From the NCBI GenBank assembly GCA_951406725.2, contig OX597818.1:41602001-41666000 (forward strand): a DNA stretch of 64,000 bases. Reading direction: 5' to 3'. Each line of letters opens with the position of its first letter. Positions within the stretch are counted from its first letter, which is position 1. This DNA comes from Octopus vulgaris (lineage: Eukaryota). A program made the translations under genes and the position numbers. Under the pieces are notes generated by a model. The model was given only the letters and a program-made list of their open reading frames with translations. It made no database searches and had not been told where the DNA came from. Positions 1-12,500 of the stretch are shown here, in pieces.

Positions 1-360
1 ATAATTTCTGCGACCACATCACCCCTAACATCTGGCCACTTAACTCTCTAGACTGCAACCCCTTGATTATTATGGGTGGGGCGCAGTTGAACAAGAGACC
101 AACAAAACTCCTTGTAACACCAAAGATGAATTGAGAGCAAGGATTATGGCAGCATTCACCAACTTGAACAAAGAAATCGTCCAGAAGAGTTGCAGGAGAT
201 TCCAAAGTCATCTGGAGGCCGTGGTCAAAGCCAGTGGCGATTTTATTCAATAAATTTACTCTAGTATTTCTAAATATTTTTATTTAAGTAAATATATCTG
301 TTAAAATGAGATGCCAGTGTTATTTTCATTCTTGCATAATTTAGACAAGTTTATTCACAG
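1..360 (+). mobile_element. Tc1/mariner-superfamily (DD37D/maT-like) transposon 3' remnant, frameshifted
   Basis: Translates NFCDHITPNIWPLNSLDCN / PLDYYGWGAVEQETNKTPCNTKDELRARIMAAFTNLNKEIVQKSCRRFQSHLEAVVKASGDFIQ* (stop 251-253). This is the WP.NSPD.NPLDY catalytic motif with a 1-nt frameshift near 58-62. The right end is approximate. Confidence 0.85.
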
Positions 361-437
361 GAGAGAGAGCGAGCGAGCGAGAGAGTTTTACTAAAAATGC
401 TTTACAGAATTAAAATTGCAATAAAGTAGTAACAGAC

Positions 438-556
438 CTATTGTAGTAGTAGTAGTTGCAGAAGGTGGTTCTAATAGAACTAAAACATCTTCCTCTTCTT
501 CTTCTTCCTCCCCTTTAGGTGTACTGTTTGTTTCGGGCACAGGAGAACTGTTTTTA
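438..556 (-). CDS. ANKHD1: Mask exon W (119 nt): KNSSPVPETNSTPKGEEEEEEDVLVLLEPPSATTTTTIG
   Basis: atctag|T acceptor (phase 2, matching exon V) and G|gtctgt donor; EPPSATTTTTIG motif recalled from vertebrate orthologs. Confidence 0.9.
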
Positions 557-3500
557 CTAGATATAATTATAAAAAAAAAAAATAAATAATTAATCATAAT
601 TATAAAAGAAAAGATATAATTAAAAAGAAAGGAAAAAAAAATTGAAGGAATAAGTCAAATCTTGTGGTCGTATTTATTGGCTAGCTCTATCATTAATTTA
701 GATACAATGAAACAGGTATATTCAGAGTTATTGAACAAATGGAAATTATGCAATCAATTCATGCAGAAAACAACTGGCAACATACATGTTTGATTCTCTT
801 TCTTTTTCTAACTTCTCTTTCTTCTTCTTTTTCTTGCGTTCCCTCCGCTTTGCTGCTGCTGCCCTCTTGTTTTCCTCCCATTGTCGTTCTTTGTCTAGTT
901 CTTCCAAAAGGATGGTAGCATTCTTGTTAGCTTCTGCCGCCTGCCGATCTTTGGCACTTATGATTGCATCCATACACTGCCTGCATTTTTTGTTTAATTC
1001 CTGCAAATAAAAAAAAATGACTAGTGTATTATTCAAAAATAAAATAAACTATAACTTTTCTGATAAAAGGATTCCATTCTACCAAAATTCATATTTGAAA
1101 ACTAAATTATGCAGAATAACATGGCAGTAAAACACTACAAATATCATCACATATTCAAACTTTAACTTACAATGATATTAGTTATTAAATATGAAAGACG
1201 GTGAGGTACATAACATTAAGAGAGAGAGGGAGAGAACATTCAAAATTATTAAAATGATTATTACTTCAATATGGTATTAAATTATTCCAAAAGAACTGAC
1301 TGGATATTACAGCAGTTTTCATCATCATCATTTAACGCCTATGTTCCATGAGAGCACACGGGCTGGACAGCTTGACAGGATACGATGTGTCCAAGGACTG
1401 CATCGTGAACCAATGCCTGTGGCTGGATGCCCATCTCAGCACCTACTTTATAGTGTGGACTGAGTGCATTTTTTGTGCCACCTGCACTATTGAGGTTAGC
1501 ATGCAGCTTGCAGAACTACAGGTTCTGTGGGGTGCAATAGAGGGGTCAGCTTCATGATAGTGGACAAGATATTGAACTATGAAAAGGTGGGAGGGGGAAT
1601 GCAGGATTCTGTAAAAAGATCTGCATGGTTACTCACATATAGAAGAGGTAGGAAGAGAAGGAGAAAATAAACAGGAGTTGCAATAGATAATGGTGATGAG
1701 GTGCTTAGATGGCCCCACAAAGCACAAAGTGAGTTGAAGAATCAATTTGCAAGATTGTATGGGAAGGAGAATGAGGTGGGGGATGGGAGACAGACTACCA
1801 GAATGAGTAGGATTGAAGGTGTGATGAGCAAGTTTGGGTAGAATTTTTAAATAGATCAATAGTCCCTTAATACAAAAAAAGCACTGCTTTAGTAAAAAGA
1901 AGTAATTTGGACTTAGAATTTTGTACGACCAACTTTAAGCACAAACAAGTGGAAACTTGGAATAGAAATGGAAAAAAAAATGACAGTAAGAAACATTTAG
2001 AAACGTACTGGATCTGTTACTGTGCTTATATACCGTTGGAGCTCATTGTCAAGAGGGAACTGCGTGACGTACTTCACCATCCACTTCACTACTTTTATGT
2101 GCCCCTTCCGAAAAGCAGCAACTAAACAGGATACTTTACGGTTGTCATCACTGTCGATATCAGCTCTGTGGCCTACAAGTAACTGTACAACATCAAGGTG
2201 GCCACCTTGAAAAGAAAAGGAAAAAATTAGATTAAATTTAGGCATTTAAATTTTAGTGAAACATACAAACTATCATTGTGATTTAACTATCTCTTCACTA
2301 ATATCTTTTGTGCATCTCAAGGTCCTGTCATTGTTGCAGTATGCTGGATTGTATACCTCAATACTGATGAAGTGCAAGCTTCTAGTAGGGCCTCTCATGC
2401 TGGACAGAGCAAAGGATAGAGGCCAGACTAACAAGGACCACTTCTTCCCAGAGTTAAGAAAGGGTTTGTGTAAGACCAACTCCGTACTGAGAAAAAAGCA
2501 AAATTACAGAAGCAACAAAACTGATCTGGTATCCAAGATGAAAGCAGCCCAGAACAGAGATTAGTGAACCAAAGTCATCAATGGCCTATGCTCCATAAAG
2601 AGCAAAGTGATTAAGTAATATCTGCTGCAGCAATTTTGAAAAATTAAGCTATGTACAACTTAGAATCATAGCATAATATAAATGACTTTGCAGTTGGGTA
2701 CAGGCGACAATGTTTCCATATTTCTTAGTTGCCCACTTCTCTCAACCTTAAATTCTAAAATACATATTTAGTTGGAATAGCTCTTGTACCACATATTTTC
2801 TCTCGTCACAGAATTACAAATACAAACTATTTTATAGGAAGTATTTATTTTCTTTACAAAGCTTTCATGCTCAGGTTTCAAGTGATAAAACATCCCAACA
2901 GCATAATATCTTCGTTTGTACAAAAATGTGACATTAAAATTTGATATAATATACAAAGAACTCCAATACCTACATTTTAATTTAAAAGGAAAAGAAAGTT
3001 CCTCCTGCATTATTGACTATTTCCTGCTCAAAAGTGAAAAATAAAATAGAGAGATTGCTCAAACTACCTTGACAAAAAATCTCTTGTAAGAAAGAGCTGA
3101 ATGTTTTTAGCAAAACTTTCGACAATCAAATGATAAAATAAAATTTTAACTCATTGCAATATATTTTAAATTTATGTCCACTAATTTCATAAAATTCATT
3201 TCAGTTTTAAAAAGTGAAAAACAAAAAAAGGAAATTTCATAAATTTTTTTTAACATTATGTTCATTAAATTTTTGATGCACAATGCAAATTTTATCTTAC
3301 ATTTAGTTATTTTTTCTTTATTATATACAATTAACAAATTACATAAACCTGTACACGATTACTCAATATTTCTTTCCAATTCTTTTTTTGCTTAGTCTCT
3401 GACTAAATCTCATCAAATGCTCATAAAAGTATAGAGGTTATACAGAATGCCATGACATCAGCTGTTAAATTATTTGAGGAAGTATTATATTACCTTACAT

Positions 3501-6500
3501 TCATTACCTTATACTGCTGAGCAAAACAAAACTATACTTGCTCTAATTTGCCTAACCAACAAATTAAATATATAAATCACAGTTAATAAGATAACATTAA
3601 GGAAGGTCATCCTGCTGTAAAAACAAATTGCTCTAACAAAATGTCATTTCACTCATTTACGAATGAAAAAAAGGGTTGTAAAATAATATTTGAAAAGATT
3701 TGTTGTAAATGTTAGCTACATACAACTAAATTATTTTTAAGTAAATAAAGATTCATCATTTTTAAAACTAAAACAAAACAGACATGATGGTAGGAATATA
3801 ACATATCTAAGTATTTATAAAGAAAGAGGTAGTTTAGGGGACAGCTAAGGTTCAGAGACATAATAAGCACTACCCCAACAACAGCTGCAGTTGAATTAGA
3901 GGCCTAATGAAGGATTTCAGGAAGGTTGAAATTTTGTCAAGATTCTGGTAAGTTATGTGCTTGAAAAGTGTGTGTGTGTGTGTCTGAGAGAGTAATAGTA
4001 GGCAGAAAGAGGTAAGAGACTACACAGAAGAGCAAACACTGTCTTAGTTAAGAAAGAAGCAGCAGTGTGTCAGAGTAACATGAAATAATTCAAACTGCAA
4101 AATAGTCTTAACAGGATAATCATAATAAAGATAGATCAAATAAGACCAAAGGAGTTACATCTGATCTCAGAATATGCAAAAGACGTGAGATTTGGACACA
4201 TGTTAGAATTCTGGATTACCAACCTCTGCCAACAAGGGGAAACATATTCAAGGAAAAGAGACTCCTTAAGTAATGTAAGGTTATAAAATAGTATATCTGC
4301 TATAAGCTTATGATTATACTAAACCTATTCTACATTGTGAATCAACATTTTTTTAATGATTAAAAAAAAAAAGGTGAAGAACTTACCATTACACGCTAAC
4401 CACAGAGGAGAATTGCCTTTTTTGTTTTTCACATCAACAGCAGCATTTCTAGAAGAATTTAAGAAATATATACAGATTATTGTTTCCCAATATCCTATAA
4501 ATAAATCTATGGTACAAAATGAAAGTACTATCATTTCCCAGTTATTAAGATTGCTTAAAGAGTATTATGAATGAAGTCATTCTCCTCTTCTTCAACATCC
4601 ATGAACTCCAGTTCAGCTAGATCCCATCCATCACTTCTTGTAAACATGCAAACCATACAACTTAATCCTCTCCAAAACAGAAATTGATCAATCTTTATAG
4701 TTCATCTGTCCAGGCTAAAATCTATTCATATTTCCCTCTCCACATTGCTCCTTTGGATATCAGTGACAAAAGCTTAGTTCCTCTGGGTCAAAGTTTCCCT
4801 CCCCCACTCCTCCAGATATGTTACCTCTACTAATCTCTGAAATCCTATAACCATCTTCTTAGGCATGTCTTCTAACAAGTCACACACATATAAACTCATA
4901 ATCTCAAATTTTCCCCGTGATTCAATCATAAAGAACAATGCCTTCAATGCATGGAGAAAATCATGGGCTTCTACACACCAAATGCTTTTACTCAGCACCA
5001 TAAATTTTGCATGACTATCACGCAAAACATGAAAGATGCTTCTATGTATCACACTACCCACACGGTCTCTTGCCTCCCCAACAGCAGCCAAACTTTTTGA
5101 TTTCTGTCAAAAGGATCTCTACCCTGCAGAGAAAGCCTTCATATTTGCTGCCTACATTATATCCAACACCATACTGCACACAAAGTGAATCCCCACCAAA
5201 ACCTGGCAAACTACCACACACATACACACCAAATCTAAAAGAATCTCTGGTTACTTCAAACCAACAGGATCTAGGTACAGATTTAAGACAACATGTGAAT
5301 CTGTAAACCACTGCAATATCAGACTGATAATTCTATAATTTCTGTCTAAATCAAGTCATTTCATGTATAATCAGCTCTTGTTCATAATAGCTACTTACCT
5401 GGAAAGCAGCAGTTCAACAAATCTATAATGTCCCTTGTCAGCAGCAATGGTCAGTGCTGTATCTCTTGATGATGGCACAGGAGCTGCATTCACATCAGCT
5501 CCCTTGTCTAACAAAACTTTTCCAACTTCAACATAACCACCAGAAGCGGCTTCCATCAATGGAGTAAGACCGGTCTATAAGATAAAAATCAGAAATTGGG
5601 AATTTGATTATTGTCAAAAGGATATAAAAAAATGCAAAAATTCCCTATATCTTAAAAAATTTCACAATTAGTTGAGGTGAGAAAGGAAGAGGAGAAATAT
5701 CCCTACTATTTATGAATCAAACAACCAACACTTAATTTTGTACTGGTTTGTTAAAATGGAGAAGGATAATTGACATTTACCTTAGCACGGTGCTCAATGT
5801 TTGCTTTTCGATCTACCAAAAGGCTTACAACTTCATGACGCCCCTGGAAACATGCCAGTGTCAAGGCTGTGTTTTTATTTGTCTCAATCTAAAAAAGAAA
5901 ACAAAATAAAATAACTTTCAGAACAACACTAATGGTGATACAGCTGCTAAAAATGCTAGAAATAAATACAAAGGACACTGTAAAAGCATTAAAATTAAAG
6001 CCTTCTTATTTCAACACTCCTGAGTTAATGATACAAACTTCCTTAACAATATCCTACAACTTAACTCTGGCTTCATAACAAAATAATTTTCATAATTCTT
6101 CATTATTCTCAAAGTTAACCAAAACAAAAATTGTTTATTTCAACAGAAATATGGTAATGAAAGTTTAAAATGTTCCATTCAGTGTCTATATTGTTTTTCT
6201 TCCTTAAACGAGTGTACATTTCTCCTATATACAAATATGCATACATAAAACCAAATAAAAGGCTTGAATTAATCTAGTTTTGTTGATATCTCAATGTATT
6301 CACCAGTATACAAAAAGTGCTGACAGCCCCCACTTTCAAGTAGTCTTCATCAGAAACATTTATATTTAAGTAAAGTTAGGTGATATGTATACGCAAAAAA
6401 GCAATCGGGCAAAATTAGAAGCAATTAGTTGAAGATCTTAGAATTAACATCCAAAAATATATTTATATATAAAAACTATTTACAAGAATTTTTTTTTTCA

Positions 6501-9500
6501 ACCAGAACTAGAAGAAATAAAATCTGTTATTCACCTGAGCATTTATATCACTACCCATATCAAGAAGCAATTTGACAGCAGCAGAGTGACCATTCATAGC
6601 TGCTAACATGAGAGGAGAAATGCCAAGTTTGCTTCCAGTTCTGAAAAAGAATGGACATTGTGTAATTAGAAAATAAATGAGAAACTGAAATTAGATGGAA
6701 ATTTTGTCAGTGTTTATTATATATTTTTTCAAGAAATAAATAAAACAAATTCATATTAATTACAGAAAATCTTTTAACTTCATAAACATCTACTGCTAAC
6801 TATTCTTGAAGTTTTACCTTACTACTTCTAGAAGCAATTATTAACCTCCTCTATAAACCACATCTTGCTTTTGAATCCTTGTTTCCACACTTCACAAAAT
6901 GTTTTACAGACATAACTACAATCTCTTATTTTTGGTTAAGTAAGAGTTGTATTTACTTGAAAATTCTATTTTTTATGTCAGTATTGTACTATCTAGAAAG
7001 TAACAATGACATTCAACAAGTCCTGGAAAATAATCTAGACAATTATATTCCTTCCACTCTGTTTTTTAACAGTTACTTTGTCAAAATGTCATTACGAAGT
7101 GTGTCCTCTTAGAATAGCACCAAAATGCTTTCCCAAATCCAAGCTACTTCAATAGATGATGGTCACTATTTAGAGATCAGCAAATAGACTCATTCTCTAT
7201 CTAATCCTAGCAAAAACATATTGCCAAGAAATTGACCAATTTTTTCCATAATATTTGACAGCATCTCAATGTTCTGCAGAAATTGAATGGAAAAATACAT
7301 GAAAATTTAATGAATAGTAGGAAAAAAAGCCAATTTATTAATATCTGACAATAAAACATTTTGATTAAGAAAAAAATGTGCTAAGTATTTCATGAATTTG
7401 AAGGATCAGTGTTTAATATGAGCATCTGAACTAGACTGAAGATAAATTTTACACAAGAGAAAATGCAAGTTTAGTGAAAGTAAGTAGCATACTTTAGGGA
7501 TTTCTATCTCTTCACTAATTAAGTAAATTGAAGCAGGTAGATCAAATATTCTGCCAAGAAAAATATAAAACCATAACATTGGTATCAAACTACAGAATAA
7601 AATTAGCTTACCGTGAATTGATTTCTGCTCCATTTGAAAGCAATAATTTTATAATATTGACATAACCCCCTGATGCTGCTAAGCTTAAAGGTGTATAATC
7701 AGAAACATTGCGATGTTCTTTGTTTGCCACGCGAGATAACAACAATTCTACCACCTGAATAAAAATAAATAAAAATAAACTCAAATTAAAAAAGGATCAC
7801 AAGATGATATGCATTTAATAAAATAAAACTAGAATTGTACTATAAAGTTGAAAAAAATAGATCCCATTTCAACTAGAAATCAAACAGTTTTCTGTTGATG
7901 AATTTTACATATAAATTATTTATTAATGTATGTAAATAAGTGCTTGTTAATTTAAACAATTTTAAAATAATGTAACAGATTTCATATATTTTAGACAATC
8001 TTAGTTTTATGAATTGTAACAATCCCGTATAAATGTTGAACACATTGCAGCCAAACACTGCATATAAACAACTGGTTCATAAAACGGATGCTATTGTCCC
8101 AAACCCACAGTAAAGAAACCGCTTAAGCAATCCTATTGTCCTTTTGAAACTTCCAGAATTATTGCATTGTATAATTGACTATTTTGAGTTGGAAGCATTA
8201 GGATTAGAATATAGAGATAAGAAGTTGGCAATCATGAACATACACCTATATCAAAAACATGGAGCATCTAGCAACAAAACAAGGCAGAAAAATTCTTGGT
8301 CCCATAACACACATAGTTTTAAAGAATAAAATAAATCAGAAACTAACATCAAATTTTCCTCCAGAACATGCTAGAGACAATGGAGTGTCTTTGGTTCGTT
8401 CAGATTGGGCTTCTATCTCAGCATTGTGGTCCAAAAGGATTTCCACAACTTCTACATGGCCAGCTGTTGCAGCCAAAATCAATGGGGTAAAACCTAAAAG
8501 TAAAAAACAACCTTTATGAATATAACATTCAGAAATATCTGCTCATATTTTATTTCATATACACACATCAACAGATTATTAGATTTGATCACTCTTATGG
8601 AATAACAAAATCTAAAGAGCAGTACAAATAAGACTTTGAACTGATTATAATTATTATTACTTTGACATTGTTGGATACACATAAAAAGCTTGGATGAACA
8701 AATAGAATACCAAATAACCAGCTGAGAGGCTACCAGATTGAATCCTATCAATCATATGTATTGAGCCTATAGCAAAGGTGTCTCACACATAGGTCAGTTA
8801 ACCGAGCAGTACCACAAAGCAGATATAACGAGTTACACTAGGCAATGAAAGCACCATTAAATTTTACAAGCTGTTCATTAACTTATAGAATTGAACTCAA
8901 CACAGCTTGTATGACTGAAGAAACCATTTCAGTAATCAGCCATAGAGTTTTTTAAACTGTCCCATTCGGAAATGCCACTAGCTTCAGGCTGGATCTGATT
9001 AGTAACTGTATATAATGACAGGTGCCATTCTATATAATATTCAATGCACATGCATCCAACAGTATAAGGCATACTGTTTGCAACAGGAATATCACAAAAT
9101 AGGCTTAAGTGATACAACATTTAATTTGTTAAACATTTAAGTTGTTAAGTTGTTTATTACATTCAAGTTATCCCTTAGAAATATTTGGAAAATTAAGGTG
9201 GCGAGCTGGCAGGAACGTTAGCACACCGGGCGAAATACTTAGCGGTATTTCGTATGCTGTTACGTTCTGAGTTCAAATTCTGCCGAGGGCGAATTTGCCT
9301 TTCATCCTTTCGGGGTCGATAAATTAAGCACTGGGTTCGATGTAATCGACTTAAACCCTTTGTCTGTCCTTGTTTGCCCCCTCTATGTTTAGCCACTTGT
9401 GGGCAATAAAGAAATAAATATTTGGAAAATTCATAAAGTGAATTTGGTGGTCAAATTCGAAATATGCTAATGACCATTAGAAATTACCTCACCAAACATA

Positions 9501-12500
9501 TATCTTACTATTCTATTTCATAACCATTTGGAAATACATAGATTTTTCAAATATACTAAATAGATATAATAAATCTTAAAAAAAGTTAGTGTCTAGTCAT
9601 TTAAAAGATAGTTTTGCTCTAAATGTTTAAGAGAAAGCAGAATAGTGTTGTTTTATGGTTTAGTCAGAGCCTCAAAGACTGGTTGAGGGAATTCACAACA
9701 TAGGCTGCTACAGCAGAAAACAATATATGCAGATGTAATCACACAAGAGATCAGCAGAGTACATTTCACTAAAAGAACTCAAGGTTCAGGCAGTGATGGT
9801 AGTAAAGAGACTGGGTTTATTAATCAAATCTTTTATAACAATTCGAAAATATTATTTTGAGAGTTGTCTTTGCCAAAAATATAAAATAAATCAAATAAAA
9901 ATTTAAAAGCAGGATACTAATAAAACACAAACATATTTCTTCGAGAGGTTTCAGCTATTTGGGTGTGACTCCAATATTAAAAAAAAACTTTTGCCTAATA
10001 TATACACATACACACACATTAAATTAGAAACCATCCTAGCCTAAGAAATATAAATCATTTAATTTCATGAATTGAATGAGAACTGACCTTTTTTATCGCG
10101 GTGCTCAATATCAGCTGTCTTGGACAACAACAACCTGACTAAGTCAGAATAGCCAGCAGTACAAGCTAAAGTCAACGCAGTGTCATGGTTACTATCAGTC
10201 TGTGCATCCAGATCTATATGTTGTGAAAGATAACGTTGAAGATGAGGTACACCTGGAGATGCTGGAGAAGCTGTAGGTGTATGTGGAGTAGTTGAAGGAG
10301 TTGGAACTGTGTCCAAACCTACAGAATTTGGTGCCTGTAAATTTTGATGGTTGTTTGGTATATGGCGTTTCCACCTAACCTTAGGCATATTAGGTTGGCT
10401 AACCTAAAAAGAAAGAAGAAATAAAGATTGCCAATGTAATTTTCAACTTACAAGAATTATCTTTCAATTGCAAACACATGAAAATAAGTCTAAATTGATA
10501 ACATAACTACAAATTTAAACACCTATCGTTAACTTTATGCTCCATTTTTCTTTGTTTTAATAAATTTTCTTAGACTCCTATAAATATTAGCAGCCAAAGC
10601 TTCCAATGTTTGGGTCATTCCTTTTATCTATAGATTTATCAATCCATACTTTCATTTGGCTATGAAACATTGAAACATGGAAACACATAAGGTGAACACT
10701 AAGTTTGTAAATGCTTTGGTTTTTGGTTTAAAAACATTCAATATTATATCCAATATATTATTTTAAGTATTTTAAGTAAATTATCCAATGATGTTTATTG
10801 CTAAAATTAGTGATAGCAAAAAGATTTAATTAACCTTCAAAATATTTTTGCTAAAATTTTTCAGTAAGATAAACTATGTTTTAGTTGAGATATTTTCCTA
10901 ATATCAGTTGCTCAGTCATTTGTTTTGACCATTAGGATGCGAAGTCTTTTAAGTCTATATTTATACTTGTGTTATAAAATATAATTATGGAGATCATTGG
11001 GAAGAAAATTAAACAATATGTCACAAGTAGCTCATCAAAAAAAGAGTTTAAAAATTACTTTTCCATTAAAATACTTCCAAGCCATGAGTATGATTTTGCT
11101 ATCTTTATATTATTGCTAAAATTTAATCCAGTGGTATGGTCTTACCTGCAGTTGTTGTTGTATCAAGTGGGCCTGCTGTTGTTGCAGGAGTTGTTGCTGC
11201 AAGAGTTGATGCTGCTGCTGTTGGGTTAGATAATGGTGCTGGGCAACAGACTGGACACTTGCTCCTGTTGCCATTGCAACTGTGGGAGCACCACCCTGCT
11301 GGATAGATGAAGCTAAAACTTGTTGTGACTGTGGCTGTACAGGAGGGGGAGGAGGAGGAGAAGATACCTGCTGGGCAGGAGGATGGATCTGCTGCGGAGG
11401 AAGTTGTAGTTGCTGTTGTTGTGGTGGAGCCTGCTGCTGGGGTGGTGGAGGGGGTTGCGGCTGTGGCAGTGTGCTCTGTGAAAAAAGCTGGAGAATTTGC
11501 TCTTGGGGCATCATATGAAGCTGGAGTTGCTGCTGTTGTTGTTGCTGCACAGACATTCTCTGTATAGTTTGTCGAGGTTGGGACAACTCCAAAGAAGCAC
11601 TGGAACCTGGAACTTCACATTCTAAAATCAATTTAATATACACACAACATAAATTTGTGATGAAAGAAATACATTAAGCTAAACAATTAGTAGATAATCA
11701 AACCATTTTATTTCAATTATCAAACAGTACATTTAAAATAATAATAATAATAATAATAATAATTGTGTACAGTGCTCAGGTGCACTACAACTCATCTAAA
11801 GTGTATATATAATCAGGTGTAGTTTTGGCGGATTTTGGAAAACATGAGGGTCTTAAAGGATGCAGTGTCATGGCAGTCAACAACTGACGCAGGCAGTTTA
11901 TTCCATGCTTCAGCAACTCTGAGCGTGAAAAAATGTTTCCGAAAGTCATGGGAGCTGTGTTGTTTTCTGACTTTGTAGGCATGTCCACGTGTGTTAGACA
12001 CATGGAGATCAAAAAGGTGTTCAGTGTTGTTGTTGGTGAGGTGGTTGATAACTTTGTGGGTGTTTACCAAGTCAGTCGCCAGATGCCGGAGCTTCAGTGA
12101 ATCCATGCCCAGGGAAACAAGGTGCTAAGAATATGGTAGGTGTCTGATGGAGGGTATGCGTTTGGTTGCACGTTTCTGGACAGATTCCAGGAGGTCAATG
12201 TTCTGAGCAAGATAGGGGTTCCAAACTGATGATGCAAATTCCAAGTGTGGTCGTACCATCTCTCTCTCTCTCTCACTCACGCACACACGTGAACACATCC
12301 TAAGTTTTAATTTCAGGATACACGAATATCACTTTTACTTGTGAATAATATGACCTAGTCATGAGAAATAAAAATAGTTTTAACCAGTCATGTTTAATTT
12401 TTCTAAAACGTCTATGGTTATTATAAAATAGAACAAAGCAAACATTTTGTTCAAGATACATTGAAATGTCTACATAATAATCAATATTCTGAGAATATTT

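Noticed and set aside
786-11567. Plus-strand ORFs 786..1010, 2022..2210, 4356..4574, 8259..8519, 11282..11518 and 11307..11567
   Set aside because: These are antisense shadows of Mask exons; the Cys/Gly-rich peptide is just the reverse of the CAA/CCA-rich polyQ exon.
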